DNA of 64,000 nucleotides from an uncultured delta proteobacterium (GTDB taxonomy: Bacteria > Desulfobacterota > RBG-13-43-22). Every line of letters begins with the position of its first letter. The first letter of the stretch is position 1. The translations under genes and the position numbers were made by a program. The stretch is taken from positions 96,001-160,000 of the forward strand of contig CAWBOS010000011.1 in the NCBI GenBank assembly GCA_963790475.1, given 5' to 3'. The notes below the pieces were generated by a model. That model had not been told where the DNA came from. It worked only from the letters and a program-made list of their open reading frames with translations, and ran no database searches. This document shows positions 19,811 to 29,790 of the stretch, piece after piece.

Positions 19811-21163
19811 TCAATTTCCCCCTTCTTCCCTTATCGGCACCCACAGCATAAGCAGCATGGCCGGGATTGAGGCGAGGAAGGCCAAGGCAAACAGATTCAA
19901 ATAACCCATATTTTCTACCATAACTCCACCGAATCCGCCGAAAAAAGTGGAGAAGAGGGACATGATGGCCGAACCGACCGCATAGTGAGAGGCCTTGAAT
20001 TCCGGTTTACAGGTGCGCAGGATATAGACGATCAGGACCGCGTTCCCGAGACCGGCGGCCATCTGTTCATAGCAGTGGACCGCGGCAATGAGGGCCAAAC
20101 CGGAGGTTGTCGACGCGGAGGGAAGGGACCAGGCCAGCCAGACATAGGCCCAGATATTGAAGTTCATGATGATGGTCAGGGGCCAGATGGCTTTTTTCAG
20201 CCCCTTTTTCTTGATCCAAATCCCCCCGATGGAAGTCCCGGCAATAGCGCCCAAGGCCCCGAGAATCCCTCCGACCCAGGAAAGCTGGGCCTTGGTTACG
20301 CCCAGTTCCCGCATGAGGAAAGGCGTGCCCATGGAGAACAAAATTTCATCGCCGATTTTATAAGTAATGATGAAGATAATAACCAGGGCCACCCTCTCCT
20401 GATCAAAGTAGGTGCTGAAGGCCCGGGCGAACTCCCGGGTAATTTCGGACAAGGATCGCGTCCCTTGAATACGGTCCTTCTCGAATCGGGGGAGCTGCCA
20501 GACATGGAATAAGGTCAGCAGCAGCATAGTGATAGCCGCGGCCCCGAAGGCATAACCCCAGGGTTGGTATTTATCGGCCCCGCCGAGAAGGGCCGCGGCA
20601 TAAGCCGCCAGGGCCACAAAGCCGCTGCGTACCAGAATAACTGCCATCCGGTAGGCAAAAACACGATAGCCGGTATAAGCGGCCTGCTCCTTGGGATCGG
20701 TCAGACCTTCCATATAGTATCCGTCAATAGCGATGTCATTGGTCGCTGAGAGGAAGGCCAGCAGGATAAAGGTCCCCGAAATAATCGCCAGGATCAAGGC
20801 GGCATCGGCCTGCCTGGCGGCGAAAAAACAACCATAGGAAACACCGACGATTAACAGTGTGATCAGGCCTTGGATGGCGATCATCCAGGTCCTTTTCTTT
20901 CCCAGGATATCGAGAAAAGGGGCCCAAAGGAATTTCAGGTTCCAGGGTATGCCCAGAAAATTCAGATACCCGATGTAACGTTCCTTCATCCCGATGTCGG
21001 TGAAGAAGACCGAAGAAAGGATCCGGATAATCGAATAGGGCAGGCCTTCGGCCAGGTAGGTGCTGAAGACCCAAACCCCTGGTTTTTTAACAGTTTGCTG
21101 AAACCGGGAACCCACCCGAAGGGCGGGATTGAGCCGCGACGTGGGGCGAACAAAAAGGCCCAT
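19811..21163 (-). CDS. AmpG-like MFS permease (ancestral start probably 21337, displaced by a MITE)
   Basis: YLAEGLP, PWNLKFLWAPFLD, SATNDIAIDGYY. Confidence 0.8.
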   Translation of the reverse strand: MGLFVRPTSRLNPALRVGSRFQQTVKKPGVWVFSTYLAEGLPYSIIRILSSVFFTDIGMKERYIGYLNFLGIPWNLKFLWAPFLDILGKKRTWMIAIQGLITLLIVGVSYGCFFAARQADAALILAIISGTFILLAFLSATNDIAIDGYYMEGLTDPKEQAAYTGYRVFAYRMAVILVRSGFVALAAYAAALLGGADKYQPWGYAFGAAAITMLLLTLFHVWQLPRFEKDRIQGTRSLSEITREFARAFSTYFDQERVALVIIFIITYKIGDEILFSMGTPFLMRELGVTKAQLSWVGGILGALGAIAGTSIGGIWIKKKGLKKAIWPLTIIMNFNIWAYVWLAWSLPSASTTSGLALIAAVHCYEQMAAGLGNAVLIVYILRTCKPEFKASHYAVGSAIMSLFSTFFGGFGGVMVENMGYLNLFALAFLASIPAMLLMLWVPIREEGGN

Positions 21164-21328
21164 CTATCCCGCCAACGGCAGGATTGCCCCGCCTCCCTGC
21201 CCGCCTTTCGGCGGGGCAGGCTTATTCCGACGTACTTCTTCGTACGCCTCATTCCTCAGGATTTCGGGCGCCTCGTATCTGGACCTTTTTGAGCTACCTG
21301 TGAAAAACGAGGTTTTTCGCATCCTGTT
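21089..21328. mobile_element. ~240-bp MITE-like insertion (family B core)
   Basis: Ends AACAG...CTGTT; shares GCGGGGCAGGCTTATT...GTACGCCTCATTCCTCAGGA with 10272-10439; removal gives in-frame MNLKKPGVW. Confidence 0.55.
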
Positions 21329-21333
21329 TAGAT

Positions 21334-22005
21334 TCATAGGGAGGGTTGGATCGCTGTTATGGCCGCTGTCAATTCTTCTGAACCGGAAGAAAAGAAGTGA
21401 TCCGCTCCTTTAATAATTTTGATGGGGGGTGGTGTCGGCATGGATTGGACTAAATTCCTTATCTTGGCGACAGGGGTGTAAGGGTCTTGATCCCCGAGCA
21501 CAACCAGACGCGTTTTAGTATCCTGAGATAAAAAGGAAAAATCCATCATGCCCGCCGGAGGAGAAACCAATATCGATCCTTGAACATCCGAAAGGGTCAG
21601 GGCTGCCTGAGCATTGACCCAGGCCCCAAAGGAATAACCGGCCAGAATAATTTTTTGTTCCCCTAATTCTTTCAGATAGGTTACGGCTGCTGAAACATCT
21701 TCCTGCTCCCCCAGCCCTTGATCGAAATCCCCCTGGCTTCGGCCGGTCCCCCGAAAATTAAAACACAGGGTTGTCCAGCCCTGGTCTTCAAAAGCACCGG
21801 CTATCAAACCAACCACATGATTCTGCATGTCTCCGCCGTACAAAGGATGGGGATGGGAGACCACCACGGCCTTGGACAATTTTCCCTGGATCAGCAGACC
21901 TTCCAGAGAAAGGGACCCGGAGGGGAATATTATTTTTTCTGCTATACCGGTTGCCATAATTTTTCCTTCTGAATACTTATCTTTAATTTTTATTTCTTGC
22001 GACAA
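21334..22005 (-). CDS. Alpha/beta hydrolase
   Basis: HPHPLYGGDM, FNFRGTGRSQG, GYSFGA, GADHFF. Confidence 0.9.
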   Translation of the reverse strand: MSQEIKIKDKYSEGKIMATGIAEKIIFPSGSLSLEGLLIQGKLSKAVVVSHPHPLYGGDMQNHVVGLIAGAFEDQGWTTLCFNFRGTGRSQGDFDQGLGEQEDVSAAVTYLKELGEQKIILAGYSFGAWVNAQAALTLSDVQGSILVSPPAGMMDFSFLSQDTKTRLVVLGDQDPYTPVAKIRNLVQSMPTPPPIKIIKGADHFFSSGSEELTAAITAIQPSL

Positions 22006-22283
22006 GTCGGGCTTAGAAAATTAACAATTTTTAGCATCGGCCACTTGTTTTTGCAAGGACAGATTTCTCGAGGAGAGTGATTATCAAATCGAAACAAACT
22101 ACAGGTCCGGGCATGTCAAGGTCAGCCTGTTTTCAAGGGAGACAGGTCCAGCATGAAGAATCCTTCCTCTCTGTATATCATGTCATTTTAAAGGAGATAC
22201 GATATTTACCTTCGGGCAAGAAAAGTAATTTGTAAACATAATAGTCATAGACCTCCGGAAATGTTCAAGAATCCATTTGGAAT

Positions 22284-22826
22284 TTGGTAATAGGGCACTT
22301 GGATTGGGATGGAGAAGGCAGAGCTTTGGACATTGGATGCGGAAACGGTGCCCTGGCGATCAAGCTGGCTCTGAAGCACCGTAAGGCACAGATCCTCGGC
22401 ATAGACTATTGGGGAAAGAAGTGGGATTACTCCAAGAGCGTCTGTGAGCGAAACGCAGCGATTGAGGGAGTAAGTGACCGCGTTGTGTTTCAGAGAGCAA
22501 GCGCCGCGTCATTGCCCTTTGCTGACGGGTACTTCGATGCCGCGTTGGGCAATTTTGTTTTCCATGAGGTCGGCGGTGTCAAAGACAAGCGTGACGTTAT
22601 TCGTGAGGGACTAAGGGTTCTCAAGAAAGGGGGTAGGTTTGCCTTTCAAGACGAATTCCTCATCAAGAAGATGTACGGCGATCCAGAGGCATTGATTGCG
22701 ACTATTAATAGCTGGGGAATAGCCAAAGTAGAGTTCATTGAAACCAGAGACTTACCCTTTATCCCACGCTTGTTGAAAGCACCGTTTATTTTAGGAACTA
22801 TGGCGATGATACGGGGGGAAAAGTGA
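22284..22826 (+). CDS. Class I SAM-dependent methyltransferase (possibly 5'-truncated)
   Basis: ALDIGCGNG, LPFADGYFDA, LRVLKKGG. Confidence 0.8.
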   Translation: MVIGHLDWDGEGRALDIGCGNGALAIKLALKHRKAQILGIDYWGKKWDYSKSVCERNAAIEGVSDRVVFQRASAASLPFADGYFDAALGNFVFHEVGGVKDKRDVIREGLRVLKKGGRFAFQDEFLIKKMYGDPEALIATINSWGIAKVEFIETRDLPFIPRLLKAPFILGTMAMIRGEK

Positions 22827-23174
22827 ATAAGAACAGCCCAACCAGGCCATTAGACGCCGATGGCCCTTGCTTGCCGGTCCGACCCCAATTAAAGCAAATA
22901 ACAATTAAACATGACCAGGGGGCGATCGAGATGAATTTTGAAGCGAAGGCCGCCGTCACGCGGAAGCACTTTACGGAGATCGATGCCAGCGACGTCCTTT
23001 ACGCCTTCGTGCCGATGGGGTACGCGGGGATCAGCGTAGTCGAGATGTCGTACGCGTTCGCCAAGGGCAAGCGCGTCGTTGTCTCGGAGCCTTGCTCAAG
23101 GTGCAATTTAGTCCTTGACCTTCGGAGTCTATCGTATATACTATTGGTATTACCTGCTTGAAGGGAGGATTGTC

Positions 23175-23414
23175 ATGTCCAGGACGCTATCGCTTAAAAT
23201 GCGAGATGACATTTTTTCAGAAACCGAAGAGGTTATCGACACGATCCATACATCGAGAAATGCATACATTAACGATGCCTTGAGCTTTTACAATAAGTTT
23301 ATGAAGCGACGCATCCTGAAGAAGCTGCTAAAAAAAGAGTCTATTTTGGTATCGAAGACATCACTTGAGGCGCTACAGGAATTAGAACTTATTGAAGACA
23401 AACTGCCCAAATGA
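23175..23414 (+). CDS. Antitoxin (RHH-like)
   Basis: GGGAGG RBS; SRNAYINDAL; ATGA overlap with toxin. Confidence 0.7.
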   Translation: MSRTLSLKMRDDIFSETEEVIDTIHTSRNAYINDALSFYNKFMKRRILKKLLKKESILVSKTSLEALQELELIEDKLPK

Positions 23415-23752
23415 AGCCGATCAAATTTCATGTATATAAAGCCGACCTCAATCCCCGCTTCGGCACTGAACCAGGCAAGATCCGGCCGGTGATCGTCGTC
23501 CAAACGAATCTCTTGAATGAGAACCATCCCAGCACCATCATTTGCCCCATCACCACAAAAATTCAAATGGGGGCAGACATTCTGCGCATTCATCTGAAAA
23601 AAGGCGAGGCGGGACTTGAGCATGATTCAGATATTATCGTCGATCAGATACGTTCGATCGACAACCGGAGGTTTCTTGATCATCTTGGAGCGATTTCGGA
23701 TAAAAACAAACGACTTTTGCTGTCCAGCCTTCAAATTGTGATCCTTGAATAG
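23411..23752 (+). CDS. PemK/MazF family toxin
   Basis: ADLNPRFGTEPGKIRPVIVVQ, DQIRSIDNRR. Confidence 0.9.
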   Translation: MKPIKFHVYKADLNPRFGTEPGKIRPVIVVQTNLLNENHPSTIICPITTKIQMGADILRIHLKKGEAGLEHDSDIIVDQIRSIDNRRFLDHLGAISDKNKRLLLSSLQIVILE

Positions 23753-23922
23753 GAGGAGTACCTAAGGTGATCGACCCTCTGATTTGGTGATCTGAGGAAT
23801 ATATGGGTTCGCCCAACCAGTCGTTCAAGCGGCCATACCGCTTAAATCATCGTGCCGGCAGGGCTCGAGATTAGATAAGTGATAATCAGGACGCCATACA
23901 TATTTCCGGACACTAAGAAATA

Positions 23923-25506
23923 TTAACAACTTTCAGTGAGGATTTTTATCTCCAATATCCGATCTATCCGAAAATGTCGTAAATCCTGGCGTTCATGACA
24001 GTAGGCGCGCAGGCCTTCAAAGGGTTTCCCCTTATATTCGAGCAGGGCAATGGCTTCGGGACGAATCCGGCGGCGGGATTTGGTGTCATCGGGCTTGAGA
24101 TAAACGATTTCCAGGTCCTGTCTCTCTCCCATGGCCGTTTCGATCATTCGCACCTTGTCCGCATAAGCCAGCCGCTCTTCTGATTTTTCATATTGAAAAC
24201 GGGTCAGGAATTGGATAACCCGGTAATCCATGAGAATATGCTGTTTTCTTATGGGTTGGCGAAGGACGATGCCTTGAAGACTGGTACAGCGGCTCAGGGC
24301 CACGTAAACTTGTCCATGGGCGAAGGTCCCCCGGCCGATATCAATAACCACCCGGTCGAAGGTTTTCCCCTGACTCTTATGGATGGTAATGGCCCAGGCC
24401 AGCTTTATGGGATATTGAGTAAAGGAGCCCATGGGTTCGGAATAAATTTTCCGGACTTTCTCATCAAAGCCATATCGGAAGATATTCCAGGTATAGGGGG
24501 TAACCGGCACGATAAAATTACCCGGAAGTTCGACCTTGATAATATCCTCTTCCCCTTTTTGGTGAATGATCTCGTTGACCTTGCCGATGGAACCGTTGAC
24601 CCAGCGGCCCAAAGGATCATTATTGAGCAGCATGACCTGAGCCCCGGCTTTAAGTTCCAGGTCCTTGTCTGTAGGGATGGCCGATTTTTCGAATTCTCCT
24701 TCAACGAGACCCTGATAGGTATATACCTTGCCGGGAAGATGTTTCAATTTCTCCTGGTTTTGCCGAAAAGCCTGATCGTTGGTGCTCGTCAAATAAAGGT
24801 ACAAATCTTCTTCGGGTGGGACGAAATCCGGGAGGCAATTTTGGTTGAGACGGACGATATCCGAGTCGGTTACCGAGCGGTTCCGGATGGCATTGAGCAG
24901 GGCTATGAAATCCTCTTCGGTTTGACGATAGATTTTTTACAACTCCACGAATTCCATTTTGAATTTCGGGTCCAAAAAAATTTGGGAGGAAAAGAAATAA
25001 GGAGATTCATATTGAAGGCGGAAGATATCTTTTTCGGTCGAGGTAACCACCGGAGGGAGTTGGTACAGGTCTCCGATAAAAATCATCTGGATCCCGCCGA
25101 AATGTTTTTTAGGCTGTGGCCCATTTAGACGAAGGAATTTTTCCACGCAATCCAGAAGGTCGGCCCGCACCATAGAGATTTCGTCAATGATGATGGTATC
25201 CAGCTTTTTATAAATGGAGGGGCGGTCTTTGTCTTTCTGGGCCTTTTTTTTGACTTTATCCAGGGCAATGTCCGGCCTGAAGCCGCAGAAGGAATGGATG
25301 GTCTGCCCCTGGACATTGAGGGCCGCCACCCCGGTTGGGGCCAGAACGGCGACACGCTTGCGGGTCACTTTTCGAAAATAATTAAGGAGGGTCGATTTGC
25401 CCGTACCGGCCTTCCCGGTAATGAAAACAGGGTGGTCGGTGTTCTCCATCAGGTCCAGGGCCTGCTGAAACTGTTCGTTGATTTCTATGGACAAGGTGTC
25501 GGGCAT
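23923..25506 (-). pseudogene. Pif1-family helicase with C-terminal WYL domain, in-frame TAA at 24937-24939
   Basis: GKAGTGKS, DEISMV, GDLYQLPPV, AWAITIHKSQG, YVALSR; WYL-like end AYCHERQDLRHFRIDRI; both ORFs share one frame. Confidence 0.85.
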
Positions 25507-25628
25507 GATAGGCCTTTGATATATCAGTAAAGCAAATATCGGTCCGGTTTGTATTATTTTTGTACCATAAACTAAAGGGATTTAAGGTCAAGGGAAAAAG
25601 AGGAAAATAATCCGGAAATAATGACGGA

Positions 25629-26621
25629 TCAGATCGATACCGGTAAAAGCAGGATCAAGGGATCGGGGCCTCTTTGGCCTGATGAAGACCGAGGGTCCGG
25701 CAAGGGAGATGAGTTGGGTGGAAAGACGAGACGGTATTTACCCTCAGACGGCAAATCTAATGATAAAAGGGATTTCTGAAAATCATCGACAGCACTTTTT
25801 GAAGCGGATCCAATAGGAAGAAATAAAACCGCATCCATCTTTTCCCGGATGAGGCCATTGATGCCCGGATTATTAAAAGCTGCCCCGGCCAGGGAACTCA
25901 AATCCGGCAAGGGAATGGAGTTAGTCCGGCCTTCTTCCGGATCCAGGCCGTAATGTTCGGCCCGGACCCACTGCTGGGTGGTAAAAAGGGTGAAGGGTTC
26001 AGGAACCAAGGTATTCTTTAATTCCCTCCAGGCGGACAGAGCCGGGGGACAGTTGATCTCCGTTTCAATCCTTTTTAATACCAGCGGGTCGGTCGATTTC
26101 CAAATCGATACCTCCTCCTGGTTTTCTTGCCAGCCCTGGACCAAAATTTTTTCCTGCTCCTCGATTTCGGCGAGGGAGTTCTCCACTTCCCGTTCCTGCA
26201 TCATCCATTCATGAATCAGACAAAGGAGAATCGGGCCGCTGACCAGAGGGGAATCGCTTTGGCGCTTTTTTAAAGGCCGCCCCATCATCAATCCGGCAAT
26301 CTCTTCTTGAGTTTCCATTTCTTCTTGAGCAGCCGCCTCCATAAGGTATTTCAGAAAACCCCTTCCGGGATTATTCGCCACATAATACTCCAACTCCCTC
26401 AACAGGATATCTTTTTCCTTGATCTCCTCCCGAGTTCGCACCGGAGACCGGGCCTGAATCAATCCCTGATCCGCCAGAGATTGGAAAGAGACCGGTAAAG
26501 GTAATGGATAAGGGTGCAGTAATAGGGCTTGCCGAAATAATAAGATGGCCCAGGCCAGGGCCTCTTCCTCCATCAGGGTATAGGGACAAATCAGGGCGGG
26601 GCGTACTACATAGGAACTCAT
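25629..26621 (-). CDS. Hypothetical protein
   Basis: 330-aa ORF, no motif recognised. Confidence 0.6.
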   Translation of the reverse strand: MSSYVVRPALICPYTLMEEEALAWAILLFRQALLLHPYPLPLPVSFQSLADQGLIQARSPVRTREEIKEKDILLRELEYYVANNPGRGFLKYLMEAAAQEEMETQEEIAGLMMGRPLKKRQSDSPLVSGPILLCLIHEWMMQEREVENSLAEIEEQEKILVQGWQENQEEVSIWKSTDPLVLKRIETEINCPPALSAWRELKNTLVPEPFTLFTTQQWVRAEHYGLDPEEGRTNSIPLPDLSSLAGAAFNNPGINGLIREKMDAVLFLPIGSASKSAVDDFQKSLLSLDLPSEGKYRLVFPPNSSPLPDPRSSSGQRGPDPLILLLPVSI

Positions 26622-26738
26622 GATTAACCTTTATATTGTTTTAATAGAAAATTATTTTAGTTCGGAGTATTGAGTTCGGAGTGAAATCTCCTTACTCCAA
26701 ACTCCGAACTCGAAACTCAAAACTCAAAACTTTTGGTC

Positions 26739-27365
26739 TCAATCCGTAGCGGTTCTTTTCTTCACCCCGGCGGCCTCCAAAAACGCGGCTATTTTTTCAT
26801 AGGGTTGGGCACCCACCAAAAAACGTTCCTCTAAAAGAAAGGTCGGGACGGCCTGAACCCCTTTTTGACGGGAACGAACCCAGTCTGAATCCACCGCTTC
26901 TTTAAAAACCCTTTTTCGCAGCACTTCCTGAGCTTCGTCTTCGGAAAGCCCGATGTCCCCGGCCAAAGAAGTGAGTTCCGAAATTTTTCCGATGTTGATT
27001 CCGTCGACAAAATAGGCTTTAAAAACCCGGTGGTGGAATTCGGTTCCTTTGCCTTTGGACTCAGCCCATTTACCCAACTCCTGGGCCAAGCGGCTGTTAT
27101 AGGTCATCTTCCGGTCTCCGAAAGGCAGGCCCGCATCCCGGGCCGCCTGTTTCAACCGGGCCCTGATCTGATCTATATCCAGACGACCGGCGAAAAGTTC
27201 TTCAATGGATTGTCCGTCTTCCGGAGTTTCGGGATGAAGAGGAAAAGCGGTCCAGCGGATATCTATTTCAAAGGCCTTGTGCAATCGTTCAATACGCCCG
27301 GTAATGAAATAACACCAGGGTCAGACATAGTCGGAAAAAATTTCAAGAATTGGGATCTCCATCAT
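26739..27365 (-). CDS. DsbA/FrnE-family oxidoreductase, probable selenoprotein (UPWC)
   Basis: MMEIPILEIFSDYV-TGA-PWCYF in frame with the 181-aa ORF; RBS before ATG 27365; GVQAVPTF...GAQP. Confidence 0.82.
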
Positions 27366-27608
27366 CGGTTTCCTTTCCAATAGGCTGCGGGTTGTTGAAA
27401 CCGTCGCCGTTTTCAGAATCTAAGGCACGGACACGGCCTTAGTTCGTCAAAGTTTCGATGCAGACAACACCGATAGCTTAACATGTAAGCGGAAAAGGTG
27501 TAAAGGACAAAAGGGTTAAGGAAGGCAATCCGGACACCGGGGGGGAATAGGACTGGTCTTGATCGAAAAATTAAAATTCAACGGAATCCCGGGGGATCTT
27601 CAGGTCAA

Positions 27609-29489
27609 TTATATTATCTCTTTGGTCAGAAGAATATCGGCCTTGATATGATTCATCGTAAACACTCCGGGCAGATATCGGTTGCGGTCGATGGCTTGAT
27701 CACCCAGATAAGGTTGAAGGTACTGGAGGGTATGATCTATCATCTTTTCATAAACGGCATCATTATGGAAGTAGGAGGGAAAATCAACGATGGCATTGTT
27801 GAAGACCGAGTAAATAGGGGAGTTCTTATAATCCAAAGCCTCCAGATGACTGAAGGTGGCTATAATCTGCCCATCGAAAGTACCCCATAACTTTAAAAAG
27901 GAATTGAGGTGGGGTGCCGGGAGCTTATGGATCTCCCTGAATATGATGAGGTCGAAATAGGCAAAGTCCTTGATATACCATTGATCGCTTGAAACGTTTC
28001 GGCAAGGGACTACACATAGGGTCTTGGAATTCAAATCAAAGCTTTCCGAGTTTATCAGTTTGCCCAGTATAAAATGGGCATATCCGGCGTCCTCATAGCG
28101 CAAGACCATCCTTTTAACCTGCCCGCGGTCGAAATTTCGGAATACCTGAATCAGATATTCAAACCGGATATCCCTTCCCAGATAACTTTCAATGGGAATG
28201 AACCCATCCGGTAATAAAGGCTTGGAGAGGGTTCCTTTCAATTTCAGATTGCGTAAGATGGTTTTAGTATCAGTAACCGATTGCTCCAGAAACTGATCGA
28301 TCTTTCTATCATCCATCCCCCGCCCTTTTAACCTTTTGGAAAGGGCAAAACCGCTTTCCCGGTCTTTGTCCATAAGAAATTGAATAGCCAGGAAGGTCAG
28401 GCAGGCCAGGTAGGAAAAGATAAGCCCGTCCTTGTTCAATGTTATTTTCAAAGCTTCCGAGGCGAAATAGTGGGGATTAAGGGTGTGATGGGCCAGGATA
28501 TAACCATTGAAAAGATCCCCCAAGGTGTTAAGACCTTTTTCAAGGTAGTACTGGTTTATCTGGAGGGGGTCCACGGCGAAAAATGCCCTTTCATACATCC
28601 GGGAAAATTCTGAATACAACCGGGAGGGGGATTTGTAATAGGTGTCCAGGATACCGCTGCTCTCCTTAATCAACAGGTCGACCCCGGTGGTTTCCAGGGA
28701 AAGAAGGGTGCTGCCTTCCTGTTGAATATCCTGCAATCCGAAAAAGCGGCATAAATTTTTAAACACCACGGATTTCAGGACATTAAACGTCTCATAATTT
28801 TCAAAAAGAGGCGTGGAGGCCTCCGATTGAAAAACCCTTTTATTAATATGGTCCTGAATAATGTCGCCCACCTTGGAAAGCCCCAGAATGGTAATCGCAA
28901 AATCAACCCCCATCTCTTGGGGCTCTTCCCGCCTCTGTAAACCGATCGCCCTGGCGATTAATTCCTCTTTAAAGGTTTTTTCTTTTTCGCCTTTCTGGTC
29001 TTCCTCCCCGTCCTTTATCTCGGGCTGGATCTCCATTTCCTGCAGGCTGCTGATCTCGTCGATATATCGGCCTATCTTCCTTATATCCGGCTCAGAACTA
29101 TCTACCTCCATGAGCAGATTGATCATGCCAATCAATCCCTCGTCCTTTTTATATTGAGCCATGGCCTTATCCAGGTGGATCTTCATCTGAGCCGGGGCGA
29201 TGATTTCTTTGGCCCTTTTTATGATTTGAATAAATAATGCCGGATCATTGAAAGAGGTGGCTGATTGCAATCCAAGAAAAGTTTTGTCCTGCCAACGAAT
29301 GTTGGCCTTAATTTCCTGACCGAAGATGGGAATTGTTAGGGTGGGGTCTTCAGGGACAAAGCCGGGGGCTTTCTTTACTTTCAGGCCGTTTTTACTGATC
29401 TCAATGATGGTCCCGATCCCTTCCAGGGGGATCTCATCGATCAGATATCGATCATCCTTTCTTCGATTCAGGGGCCGCTCTCTTTCCAT
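27609..29489 (-). CDS. PilZ-domain-containing protein with uncharacterised C-terminal region
   Basis: RRKDDR ... EISKNG (RxxxR, D/ExSxxG) at N-terminus. Confidence 0.6.
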   Translation of the reverse strand: MERERPLNRRKDDRYLIDEIPLEGIGTIIEISKNGLKVKKAPGFVPEDPTLTIPIFGQEIKANIRWQDKTFLGLQSATSFNDPALFIQIIKRAKEIIAPAQMKIHLDKAMAQYKKDEGLIGMINLLMEVDSSEPDIRKIGRYIDEISSLQEMEIQPEIKDGEEDQKGEKEKTFKEELIARAIGLQRREEPQEMGVDFAITILGLSKVGDIIQDHINKRVFQSEASTPLFENYETFNVLKSVVFKNLCRFFGLQDIQQEGSTLLSLETTGVDLLIKESSGILDTYYKSPSRLYSEFSRMYERAFFAVDPLQINQYYLEKGLNTLGDLFNGYILAHHTLNPHYFASEALKITLNKDGLIFSYLACLTFLAIQFLMDKDRESGFALSKRLKGRGMDDRKIDQFLEQSVTDTKTILRNLKLKGTLSKPLLPDGFIPIESYLGRDIRFEYLIQVFRNFDRGQVKRMVLRYEDAGYAHFILGKLINSESFDLNSKTLCVVPCRNVSSDQWYIKDFAYFDLIIFREIHKLPAPHLNSFLKLWGTFDGQIIATFSHLEALDYKNSPIYSVFNNAIVDFPSYFHNDAVYEKMIDHTLQYLQPYLGDQAIDRNRYLPGVFTMNHIKADILLTKEII

Positions 29490-29601
29490 GGCCGGTGCCT
29501 CCCGGTATTGAAAGGAGTTTGAAGAAAACTCGTGGAGAATGGTTACTTATTAAACAGGCTCTGTCAAGGGGAAAAAGGTCTCCTTCGGTCTTGAAGGACT
29601 A

Positions 29602-29745
29602 GAGACCTTTGAAAAACATCCCCTTTTGCGCAATCCCCGCGTCAGACTCAAATTTCAATCCTCGAAATACTAATTGTCTTCCGGTGGTTAAAATATTTGT
29701 CTTCGTTGACCTTGGGCAAAAATTGGAATATTTTTCAAAGGTCTC
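29602..29745. mobile_element. 144-bp MITE (family A), ACTA flanking duplication
   Basis: TIR GAGACCTTTGAAAAA/TTTTTCAAAGGTCTC; similar to 39448-39590 and 43786-43927. Confidence 0.85.
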
Positions 29746-29790
29746 ACTAATTAGGGTTCAATCCACTAAGGTCTTAGGACTTAACCGGTT

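Noticed and set aside
22823-23161. 112-aa ORF as a real gene
   Set aside because: Looks like a mosaic of an attC-like remnant and an internal gene fragment; no supportable start or family.
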